A stretch of DNA of 64,000 nucleotides from Vulcanimicrobiota bacterium. GTDB lineage: Bacteria; Vulcanimicrobiota; Vulcanimicrobiia; Vulcanimicrobiales; Vulcanimicrobiaceae. Positions 8,786 to 16,359 of the stretch are shown here, piece after piece. Each line of letters opens with the position of its first letter. The first letter of the stretch is position 1. The stretch spans positions 5,600-69,599 of the forward strand of contig PMUK01000155.1 of assembly GCA_003166915.1 (NCBI GenBank). The letters run 5' to 3'. The position numbers were made by a program, and so were the translations under genes. The notes beneath the pieces were generated by a model. It had not been told where the DNA came from. It did not search any database and worked only from the letters and a program-made list of their open reading frames with translations.

Positions 8786-9458
8786 CGTTGTGGCGTGCGG
8801 TCGTCAGGTTACGCCGAATCCTCCGGGTCTGGGACCCGGCGGCGCGCCTCCGGGATACATAGCCATACACTATGATGTCTATTCTCCCTTTAACTTCTCG
8901 AACTATCAATATATGCTCGTCTTCAACACGTCGGGAACCACAGTAACGCCGTCGACCGACACCGTGCAAACGAACTGGGCGGGCTATTCGTTCGCGCTGG
9001 TTGCGTTGGGCACCGCCGGGACCTCGTATGCCGAGGCGGTACAGTTCGTTCGAAATCAAAATCCTCACATTCCTCCGGCGTGGCTGAAACTAGGAACCAC
9101 GCCGGCCCAGCTTAGTTATAATCCAAACAGCAACGGTCAGGGCACCGAGTTCTCGATGATCGCTCAAAAAGCCATCTTTAAAGGCGTCGCATCCCCTTCG
9201 CCCTCGCCGAGCGCCACTCCGAACAATCTCTGGACGTTCAACGCGTTCGTCTCGCAGGCCAGCCAAGGCCAGTGGCTCTTCCTCGATTCGATGGGAGCGG
9301 GCGGCCCGATCGACCCGCAGTTCATCTCGCCGAAGCTCTGTATGACCGAACCCTTTGACCACACCTACTTCGGCCTCTACACGCCGTCGGATCCGACCGC
9401 TCAGATCGTGAGCATCGAGGTCTCCAACAACCCGGCCTCGCCAACGCCGTGTCCGTAG
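8733..9458 (+). CDS. Orphan lipoprotein (unknown family)
   Basis: ATG at 8733 is preceded by GAGGAGA (8724-8730). The signal peptide has a lipobox (MIRRLSFGFVVVLVTAFIVVAC|G). The longer track ORF (from 8514) runs antisense through lnt and is rejected. I recognise no family. Confidence 0.65.
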   Translation: MIRRLSFGFVVVLVTAFIVVACGRQVTPNPPGLGPGGAPPGYIAIHYDVYSPFNFSNYQYMLVFNTSGTTVTPSTDTVQTNWAGYSFALVALGTAGTSYAEAVQFVRNQNPHIPPAWLKLGTTPAQLSYNPNSNGQGTEFSMIAQKAIFKGVASPSPSPSATPNNLWTFNAFVSQASQGQWLFLDSMGAGGPIDPQFISPKLCMTEPFDHTYFGLYTPSDPTAQIVSIEVSNNPASPTPCP

Positions 9459-9626
9459 ATGCGTGAAACTGGCGTCGAGTGCAGCTACGACATCTGCAAC
9501 TGTACGGTAAGCTCGCCGATAGGAACCGGCGAAGTTTTTTGTGGCGACTTTTGCCAAGACGCATCCGAGCGAAGCCTCGAATCGGATAGCTGCGCCTGCG
9601 GCCACCCCCCCTGCGACGAACCCTAG
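9459..9626 (+). CDS. 55-aa Cys-rich protein, bacterial metallothionein (SmtA/BmtA)-like
   Basis: Not in the ORF track (<60 aa). Translation: MRETGVECSYDICNCTVSSPIGTGEVFCGDFCQDASERSLESDSCACGHPPCDEP*. It has 8 Cys and 1 His in a C-x4-C-x-C ... G..(F)C..(F)C ... C-x-C-G-H-x2-C arrangement. This resembles SmtA (KCACEPCLCNV...GLYYCSEAC...GCGHTGC). Its ATG abuts the stop of the lipoprotein gene (TAGATG). Confidence 0.5.
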   Translation: MRETGVECSYDICNCTVSSPIGTGEVFCGDFCQDASERSLESDSCACGHPPCDEP

Positions 9627-9655
9627 CGTTGAACTGCGATTCTATTTTCAAAAGA

Positions 9656-9828
9656 GACCTTTAACTTCTGAGGCCGGCGGAAGCCTGCGTCGGACGAGGA
9701 CCGTCTGACCGAGCGCCGGAGCCGGATGCGGAAGGCGCGAGGCAGCCGATAGGAGCGCGACACGGAGGTCGCGCGACGAATGTGTCCGAGTTGACGTAGG
9801 CTTCCGCCGGCCTCAGAAGTTAAAGGTC
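9656..9828. repeat. 36-bp inverted repeat (35/36) flanking a 101-bp spacer
   Basis: The left arm at 9656-9691 is gacctttaacttctgaggccggcggaagcctgcgtc. The right arm at 9793-9828 is its reverse complement apart from one position, which is G.U-compatible on the + strand RNA. The right arm contains the last 5 codons and the stop of the LptD-like gene (TTFNF*). Confidence 0.85.
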
Positions 9829-12341
9829 GTCGGCACCACCTGCTGCGGAGCGCCGACCTGGAAGACCGCAGTTTGCGTCGGAAATGCGAGCAGATTCAAG
9901 CCGACATTGATCGCCGCTTGAGACTCGTTGTACAGCACCAGGAGCTGATAGCAGTTGCCGATCGTCCGAGTGTAATAGATGATCTTGTCGGCGATCATTT
10001 CCCCCGGGCCTTTCCAATTGAGATTGGTGACGAACTGCAGCGATGCGTCGCGGCCGAACGGCGTCGAAAGCTGAAGGTTGGTCGTCTCAAAACCCTGACC
10101 TGGACCTGGGATGAACGAGCCGCTGAGCAGCAATACCGAACGGGGCGACGGCCGTGCCGAGAGCTGATAACTCAACGGCTGAGCGACGCCGTCAAAGTTC
10201 GTCGCCCAGCCCAGCGAAAACGCGTAGACGTCGTCGTTGAAGAGCCTAACCAAGTCTTGCGCGTTCTTGGTGTTCATCGTCGGCTGCTGGTCGAGATACT
10301 GAAATGGCACGAGTGCGGGCCCGTTATAGTTGGCCTCGTTATAGGTTGCCGTGTTGACGATGTGCGAGCTGATCGGGGTCGTCAAGCTGAAGTCTTGTTC
10401 GATCGCGGCCTTGAGATCGCCGGTGCCGTAGGCATACTGATCGATCGTGACGGTACCTTGAAAATCGCTCCCTAGCACCTTTTCCTCGGCGGGACCGACG
10501 ACCAAGTTCGCGTCGCCGCGCCACGTCGCTAGGCTCAGCGGCTGGCCATCGCCGGAGGGCTGGCTGTATTCGCCGACCGTGAGGTCGGCGGAAAGCGGAA
10601 TGAAAAAGTGTTGGAAGAAATCGGACGGCCGGACTTCGAACTCGGGGATCTTGTCGATGCCGGCCGTCTCGAGGCCGTAAAGCTTGTCGAACTCCATTTG
10701 ATAATCAGCGCCCGCGGTCGTGTATTGGAGCAAGTAGTCGAACTCCGACTGATTGCTGAACGACGACACTCCGCCAAAGCTTGCATTGCTGTCGCTATCG
10801 TCGAAGGTCGTCGTTTGGTTCAGGTTCTCGTTGAATTGGCGCGTGTCGGTAACCGTAAAACTATCGCTGCTGGATTGCCCACCCACGGAGCTGTGGCTGA
10901 AGCTGTAGTTTTGCGACGTTTGCGCGGTTTGGTGCACGATGGATTCGGCGATCGTCTCGTTGGGGGGGATGCTCACGAGCGGCCCGTAGTTCGACTGGTA
11001 TGAAAATTGAAAGTTGCTCTTTAGGTGCTGCGAAATATTCTCTTGTTCTCCCAGAGCGAGATTCGTCTGACGCCCACCCTGGAGACGATCGTTGATCGTG
11101 TAAAGGTTGAGACTGACGCTACGGCGGCCTCGCTTGCTGGAATAGAAGCCCACGTAGCCGAGGCCCAAGCCTTCCTTCGTAAAGTAGTTCACGATGTAAT
11201 AGCCGTAGTAGTACTGGTCTTTGCCGAACGGGATCTGGATTTTGATCCAGGCGCCTTCGTACGAATCGTAGCCGACGTCCGGAAACCACCGCGCGTGACT
11301 CGGGCCGCTAGTAACGCTTCGCAGCGGAATGATCAGCAAGGGAAGATAGAAGATGGCTGCCGCGCCGAGCCACAGCACCGCATTGTGGATAACGATCCTG
11401 TCGCCGGGGTAGACGTCCATGTTCTTGCCCGTGATATGGTAGCCGCCACGCGGATTCTCACACGTGGTGACGTATGGCTTGTCGCCGTGCGCCGTTCCAT
11501 CGGGGTTGGTATAAAGGTCGTCTGCCGAGAAATGAACGAGACCGCGCTGGAGCCCCTCGTCGCTCGCCCCTTTGCCGTTGACGAGCTTCGCCGTCTGTTC
11601 GACGGTATCGAAGATGATCGTGTCGGCTGCCAATATCGAGTTGTGCTCGTGATTGACGATAAAGGGATGGCCGGTGATCGTCATCGTTCGAACGCCGTCG
11701 AAGTGCGCTTGTTCGCCGACGATCTCTTCGTCGGCATAGTAGATGTGTACGTTGCCGATCGCGTCGCTGGGTTTGCCGCGAGCGCGGTTACCGCTCCACG
11801 AGTCGGAAATTACGGCAATGTAACCCGGCGAGAGCGTCGGGGCGCCGGTGGGTTCCGGAGTCGGCGCCGGCGTCGCTTGTCCGGCGGGCGTGATCGGAGG
11901 GGGCGACTCGCCGCCGCGCACCAGAAAGATCGGTTCCAAGGATGCCAACGGGTTTGGCGTTCCTGAGGGAATCGGCGGCGGCGTGACGGCCGGCGTTTGG
12001 CCGGGGAACGGATGCGGGGTTGGATTGAGGTTGTAGGTGCCGTTGCTGACGCCCGGCGGTACGTTGGGAGGTCCGGGTGTGGCCGGCGGTGCGGGAGTCG
12101 GCGTGGAAGCCTGCGCCACCATCGGGCTATCGTCGCGGTAATGCTGGGCGCACGTCTGCGTGTTGAAGAGCAGCAGCGCGAGCTGCTGTTGATCGTTGCT
12201 CGCAGCTTGTGCCGGCACCGGAAAGAGACCGCCAAGGTAGGCAGCGAGTAGCGCAACCGCGCCTAAGCCGCGACGTCTTCGCAAGCGCGCCGGCACGTCG
12301 TCAGCGCTCTTCCAGCCAGAGAAGAGCGACGCCGGCGACAC
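9813..12341 (-). CDS. LptD/OstA-like outer-membrane protein (LPS-assembly-type)
   Basis: 842 aa. It has a signal peptide (..GLFPVPAQA|AS), then a roughly 120-aa Pro/Thr-rich spacer. An OstA-like N-domain pattern follows (GNVHIYYADEEIVGEQAHFDG...ILAADTIIFDTVEQTAKLVNGKG). The rest is a long aromatic-rich region that I take to be a beta-barrel, ending in a terminal ...TTFNF. An alternative GTG start at 12296 would remove the overlap with the upstream permease gene. Confidence 0.55.
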   Translation of the reverse strand: MSPASLFSGWKSADDVPARLRRRRGLGAVALLAAYLGGLFPVPAQAASNDQQQLALLLFNTQTCAQHYRDDSPMVAQASTPTPAPPATPGPPNVPPGVSNGTYNLNPTPHPFPGQTPAVTPPPIPSGTPNPLASLEPIFLVRGGESPPPITPAGQATPAPTPEPTGAPTLSPGYIAVISDSWSGNRARGKPSDAIGNVHIYYADEEIVGEQAHFDGVRTMTITGHPFIVNHEHNSILAADTIIFDTVEQTAKLVNGKGASDEGLQRGLVHFSADDLYTNPDGTAHGDKPYVTTCENPRGGYHITGKNMDVYPGDRIVIHNAVLWLGAAAIFYLPLLIIPLRSVTSGPSHARWFPDVGYDSYEGAWIKIQIPFGKDQYYYGYYIVNYFTKEGLGLGYVGFYSSKRGRRSVSLNLYTINDRLQGGRQTNLALGEQENISQHLKSNFQFSYQSNYGPLVSIPPNETIAESIVHQTAQTSQNYSFSHSSVGGQSSSDSFTVTDTRQFNENLNQTTTFDDSDSNASFGGVSSFSNQSEFDYLLQYTTAGADYQMEFDKLYGLETAGIDKIPEFEVRPSDFFQHFFIPLSADLTVGEYSQPSGDGQPLSLATWRGDANLVVGPAEEKVLGSDFQGTVTIDQYAYGTGDLKAAIEQDFSLTTPISSHIVNTATYNEANYNGPALVPFQYLDQQPTMNTKNAQDLVRLFNDDVYAFSLGWATNFDGVAQPLSYQLSARPSPRSVLLLSGSFIPGPGQGFETTNLQLSTPFGRDASLQFVTNLNWKGPGEMIADKIIYYTRTIGNCYQLLVLYNESQAAINVGLNLLAFPTQTAVFQVGAPQQVVPTTFNF

Positions 12342-13455
12342 CTACGATGATGTTCGGCAACCAGGCCGCGAGGAATGGATTCAACGCCCCGTTGCGGCCA
12401 AACGCAGAAGCCGCCGAGACCATGAGGTAGTAAGAGAAGAACGCGATGATCGAAAGCGTGATGCCGAGCGTGCGCCCGCGCTTACCAAATCGCAACGCCA
12501 AAGGAACCGCGAGCACGACGCCGATGATGCAGGCGAAGGGCCAGGAGAGCTTGTTGGCAAGGTTGATCTGCAAGTTGCCCATCGCGGTACCGCCAATCCC
12601 TTGAGCCTGAAGCGCGTTAACTTGCGTGCGTAGCGACTTGCTGCTCATCGTCCAGGGATCGTTATTCACCTGGCTGACGAACTGCGAGGCCGTCTCACCC
12701 AGCGGCAGTCCGATCGAGACGCTTTTGACGCGTTGCTGATTGGTGAGAAATCCTTCGTCGTTGTAGCGGGTGTCGATTACGTCGCGCAGGTTCAGAGCGC
12801 TGCCTTGCACGGCTGCGGTCTTCGCCTGAAGCGTCTCGTTCCACGGGCCGTATTTTGCAGGCTTGAAGATCTGCACGTCGAGCATCGTCTTGTTGTCGAG
12901 CGCGACCTGACCTACGTAAAACGTGTTCCCCGTGTCGGGATCCTTACGAAAAAACTGAGGCTCGACGGGAAGTGCATCCGTGTGATAGATGATCTGGTAA
13001 AACGTGCGCGTCGAGAGATCGACGGATGCCGGCGCAACCCACTCGTTTATGCTGTAGGAAATCAGAAACATTCCGAGGCCGAAGAGCACCGGAGCGAGCG
13101 CGATCCGCATGACCGAAATGCCGGCCGTGCGCATCGCAGTCACCTCGTTGTCGCCCATGACCCGTCCCATTGCCAATAACGCGGCAAAGAGAGACGCGAA
13201 CGGAAACGCCATTGGGGTGGCCTGCGGGATGCGGAACACCACGAAGCGCAGCACCAAAAAGAACGGTGCGTGCTGATTGATGATGTAATCGGCGGCAAGA
13301 AAGAAAATGTTGAGCGCCCAAAATAACAAAAACGCGCCCAGCGCAAAGAAGAACGGGCCGACCATCTCCTGCAAGAGATAACTGTCGAGAATCGGCAGCC
13401 GTAAGAACGCGAAGCCGACGCGGGGGAGCGGTTGGTGCTGAGTGAGCGTGGTCAT
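12301..13455 (-). CDS. LptF/LptG (YjgP/YjgQ) family permease
   Basis: 384 aa with the N-terminal ILDSYLLQEMVGPFFFALGAFLLFW pattern. It has 3 TM, a periplasmic insert, then 3 TM, which is characteristic of the LptF/G family. Confidence 0.85.
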   Translation of the reverse strand: MTTLTQHQPLPRVGFAFLRLPILDSYLLQEMVGPFFFALGAFLLFWALNIFFLAADYIINQHAPFFLVLRFVVFRIPQATPMAFPFASLFAALLAMGRVMGDNEVTAMRTAGISVMRIALAPVLFGLGMFLISYSINEWVAPASVDLSTRTFYQIIYHTDALPVEPQFFRKDPDTGNTFYVGQVALDNKTMLDVQIFKPAKYGPWNETLQAKTAAVQGSALNLRDVIDTRYNDEGFLTNQQRVKSVSIGLPLGETASQFVSQVNNDPWTMSSKSLRTQVNALQAQGIGGTAMGNLQINLANKLSWPFACIIGVVLAVPLALRFGKRGRTLGITLSIIAFFSYYLMVSAASAFGRNGALNPFLAAWLPNIIVGVAGVALLWLEER

Positions 13456-13497
13456 CGAGAGAAGCCGGATGCGGTAGTCGCGCCGGTATCCCGACGG

Positions 13498-13968
13498 TTA
13501 ATAGTTGCGGTACGCGTTGAGCACGCGCACGACGTACGCCCGCGTTTCCGCATAGGGAGGCACCCCGTGGAAGCGATCCACGGCTCCCGGTCCTGCGTTG
13601 TATGCCGCGACCGCCAGCGTAACGTTGTCGTGATAGCGATGCAGAAGCGAGTGAAGGTAGCTCGTGCCGCACGCCACGTTCTGCGTTGGGTCGAATGGAT
13701 CGGCGATACCGCAGCCGGCCGCGGTGCCGGGCATCAACTGCATCAGGCCCTGCGCCCCGGCGACGCTGATGGCGGACGGGTTGCCTGCCGATTCCGCCAT
13801 GACGACCGCTCGCACAAGCCCCGGCGGAACGCCGTTGGCTTGGGAAGCGTTCGTAACCAGCGACTCGAGGCTCGCCGGATCCAGCGAGTGGGAGGCGTAC
13901 GGCAGGTAACCCCCGCTACATCCGTAGAGCAGTCCCAAGAGGCTGCAGATTCCGAAGACTCGAGTCAT
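13498..13968 (-). CDS. Lytic transglycosylase (SLT domain) lipoprotein
   Basis: 156 aa with a lipobox (LLGLLYGC) and the SLT catalytic region (AESAGNPSAISVAGAQGLMQLMPGTA...AYNAGPG). Confidence 0.85.
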   Translation of the reverse strand: MTRVFGICSLLGLLYGCSGGYLPYASHSLDPASLESLVTNASQANGVPPGLVRAVVMAESAGNPSAISVAGAQGLMQLMPGTAAGCGIADPFDPTQNVACGTSYLHSLLHRYHDNVTLAVAAYNAGPGAVDRFHGVPPYAETRAYVVRVLNAYRNY

Positions 13969-14494
13969 CGCACCGTCGGCTTTCTTCTCAGAGCGCAGTC
14001 AGGCCTGGCAGACGGACTGCAAGAAAGAGGACGCGCTAGCCACCAAATTCGATTCCATCACGATCAACTTTCACAGGCAAATTCAACGCTCTGCCGATTG
14101 GATATCGGCGCCCTGGTACGCCCGCGATCATATCTGCTTAGCCTTGACTTTGGCTGAGCTTTTCATCGTCGCCGGTACGCCAAGCGCGGGAACGGCTGCC
14201 GCCTTGCTGCGCGCGAAGGGGACGAACCGACTTCTTCGGATGTCCAAACGGCATGTCCGATATAACCCTTAGTTCGTAGCGACGAACGAACGCTTAGCAC
14301 GCGGTTCTTTGACGTTTGTAAATCGGAGGCTCGGTCAGTACGGGAGCGCAGTGGTCGGATCGCCGCAAGGGCGCCAGAGTTGAGTCCCTCAGAGCCTGGT
14401 TAAGCCAGGTTCTGGTTCATTTGCGCCGGGGATTCGAGTCGGGATCGCGATCCGAACAAACGTTCGAGTAACGCAATCCCCACCGCGCGAATCC

Positions 14495-14546
14495 TTGCTT
14501 AAGGGAATCGTGGGGCGTATAGTGGTGGAAAGTAGTGCCTAGTGGT
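14495..14546 (+). promoter_or_regulatory. Candidate Pmra promoter with four phased MraZ-box repeats
   Basis: TTGCTT (14495-14500), 17 nt, then TATAGT (14518-14523). Four direct repeats sit at exact 10-bp spacing: tGGGGc (14511), aGTGGT (14521), aGTAGT (14531), aGTGGT (14541). They overlap and follow the -10 and end 18 nt before the mraZ TTG. Confidence 0.5.
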
Positions 14547-14563
14547 GCATTGCGGAGGATTTT

Positions 14564-15004
14564 TTGCACGCTGGACTGCCCCGGTTTGCGGGCTCGGAGC
14601 AACACGCCCTTGACGAAAAGGGTCGCCTGATTGTCCCCGCGCGTTTTCGCGAGCGGCTGGGAGCGCAATTCGTGCTGACCATCGCGCCCCCCGATCTTTG
14701 CCTGGCACTCTATCCCAGTTCGACGTGGGTTCAGTTTTGCGAGCGGCTCGAAGCGGTGCCGCATAAAGACGACCGCTACCGCCGTTCGGTGCGCTACCTC
14801 TTCGCCCACACTGAGGAGGTCGGGTGCGACAATCAAGGCCGGGTCGTCGTTCCGGCGCTTCTCCGATCGTATGCGGGCATCGAACGGCACGTCGTCTCGG
14901 TAGGTTTGCTGACTCGCATAGAAATTTGGGCGAAGGAGCGTTACGCCTTCCAGAAGCCGCCCGAGGGCGACATGCCCGACTTCATGGGCGAGCTAGGACT
15001 GTAG
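14564..15004 (+). CDS. mraZ: Division/cell-wall cluster transcriptional regulator MraZ
   Basis: 146 aa with two SpoVT/AbrB-like halves. The DEKGRLIVPARFRE and DNQGRVVVPALLR motifs are present. The TTG start is preceded by GGAGGA. Confidence 0.93.
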   Translation: MHAGLPRFAGSEQHALDEKGRLIVPARFRERLGAQFVLTIAPPDLCLALYPSSTWVQFCERLEAVPHKDDRYRRSVRYLFAHTEEVGCDNQGRVVVPALLRSYAGIERHVVSVGLLTRIEIWAKERYAFQKPPEGDMPDFMGELGL

Positions 15005-15018
15005 AATGTGGTGCCGCT

Positions 15019-15897
15019 ATGCTGAGCCACGTTCCCGTGCTCGTGGGGCCGGCGCTCGAATATTTGGCGATTCGTCCAAGCGGAGTTTACGTCGACGCAA
15101 CCTTCGGAGCGGGCGGCCATGCTCGGGCGATCTTGGAGCGGCTGGGCGACGGACGGCTGATCGCACTGGACGCCGACCCGCGGGCGACGGCGGTGGCGCA
15201 ACAGGTTGCCGACTCCCGTTTGACCTTCGTGCAGGCGAACTTTCGCGATCTCGGTCGCATCCTCGACCGGTGCAAAATCCCGTTGCTGGACGGCATTCTC
15301 TTCGATCTGGGAGTCTCGTCGATGCAGCTTGACGATGCGGAGCGCGGCTTCTCGCTCGGAAAGCCGTCGGTCCTCGACATGCGGATGGATCCCACCAGCG
15401 GATCCAGCGCCTACGATGTCCTTTCAACGGCGACCGAACGGGAGCTGGCCGAGATCTTCTTTGCGTTCGGAGAAGAGCGTTCGGCCCGGCGCATCGCTCG
15501 CGTGATCGTCACGCGGCGTGAGGGAGGCGGCCTGCCGAACACGACCTCGGAGTTCGCTGCCCTAATTTCGGGAATCGTGCAGCGCCCGGGAAAGCGAGAA
15601 CGCATCCATCCGGCAACCCGCGTCTTTCAAGCGTTGCGCATCGCCGTCAACGACGAGCTCGACGCCTTGCGTGAAGGCTTGGCGCACGCGATCGTGCGTC
15701 TGCGCACTGGGGGGCGCGTCGCTGTAATCAGCTTCCATTCACTCGAGGATAGAATTGTGAAACGAAGTTTCCGCGATGACGAGCGACTTGAGGTTCTTAC
15801 GAAGAGACCCGTTCGTCCGGATCGGAGCGAGCTCGTCGAAAACCGCCGTTCGCGCAGCGCGAAACTGCGCGCCGCGCAACGCACGGAGACCGACTAA
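15019..15897 (+). CDS. rsmH: 16S rRNA (cytosine1402-N4)-methyltransferase
   Basis: Starts at the internal ATG (MLSHVPVLVGPALEYL...), typical for RsmH. Motifs include DATFGAGGH, DLGVSSMQLD and ISFHSLEDRIVK. The upstream part of the track ORF overlaps mraZ and is rejected. Confidence 0.93.
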   Translation: MLSHVPVLVGPALEYLAIRPSGVYVDATFGAGGHARAILERLGDGRLIALDADPRATAVAQQVADSRLTFVQANFRDLGRILDRCKIPLLDGILFDLGVSSMQLDDAERGFSLGKPSVLDMRMDPTSGSSAYDVLSTATERELAEIFFAFGEERSARRIARVIVTRREGGGLPNTTSEFAALISGIVQRPGKRERIHPATRVFQALRIAVNDELDALREGLAHAIVRLRTGGRVAVISFHSLEDRIVKRSFRDDERLEVLTKRPVRPDRSELVENRRSRSAKLRAAQRTETD

Positions 15898-16347
15898 GTG
15901 ATCGCAGCTCGATCTTTCGAACGAAGCCCGCGCATTGCGAATCCCCGCACCGTTCGTGCCGCAACCGCGCGTCGGCGGGGTCGCACGTCGCGCGCTCGTT
16001 ACGCGACGTTGGTGCGCATGTTGGCAGTACTGCTCTGCGTCTTGGCCTTCTTGATGGGTTACGTCGTTCTAACGTCGAGCCGAACGGGTTTGAGCTACGC
16101 CGTGGCGCGAGCTGCCGCGCAGCGTGAGGCCCTGCAGGAAGAGACGTTGCGCCTCGACGACCAAATCGCTGCATTGCGTTCCGATGACCGGCTTGCGGAG
16201 TTGGCCGCACGCCTGGGCATGCGCCAGCCGCAGCGATTTGCCGTCGTACGCGAGGAAGAGCCTCGGGTAGCGCGAGCCGCTTCGCACTTCCGATTGCTCT
16301 CGTCAATTGCCGGTTTCTTGGTGCCGGCAGTAGCCGCGCGACCCTAA
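15898..16347 (+). CDS. ftsL: Cell division protein FtsL-like
   Basis: 149 aa in the standard position between rsmH and ftsI. It has a basic cytoplasmic tail, one TM (LAVLLCVLAFLMGYVVL), a coiled coil and the DRLAELAARLGM motif. Confidence 0.6.
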   Translation: MIAARSFERSPRIANPRTVRAATARRRGRTSRARYATLVRMLAVLLCVLAFLMGYVVLTSSRTGLSYAVARAAAQREALQEETLRLDDQIAALRSDDRLAELAARLGMRQPQRFAVVREEEPRVARAASHFRLLSSIAGFLVPAVAARP

Positions 16348-16359
16348 GCGACCGCCGCG

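Noticed and set aside
14138-14254. 38-aa basic ORF on the minus strand (MPFGHPKKSVRPLRAQQGGSRSRAWRTGDDEKLSQSQG) in the 600-nt SLT-mraZ intergenic region
   Set aside because: It has only a weak AAGGG upstream, no recognisable family and low complexity. The region may simply hold the dcw and SLT promoters. It is not supportable without conservation or expression data.
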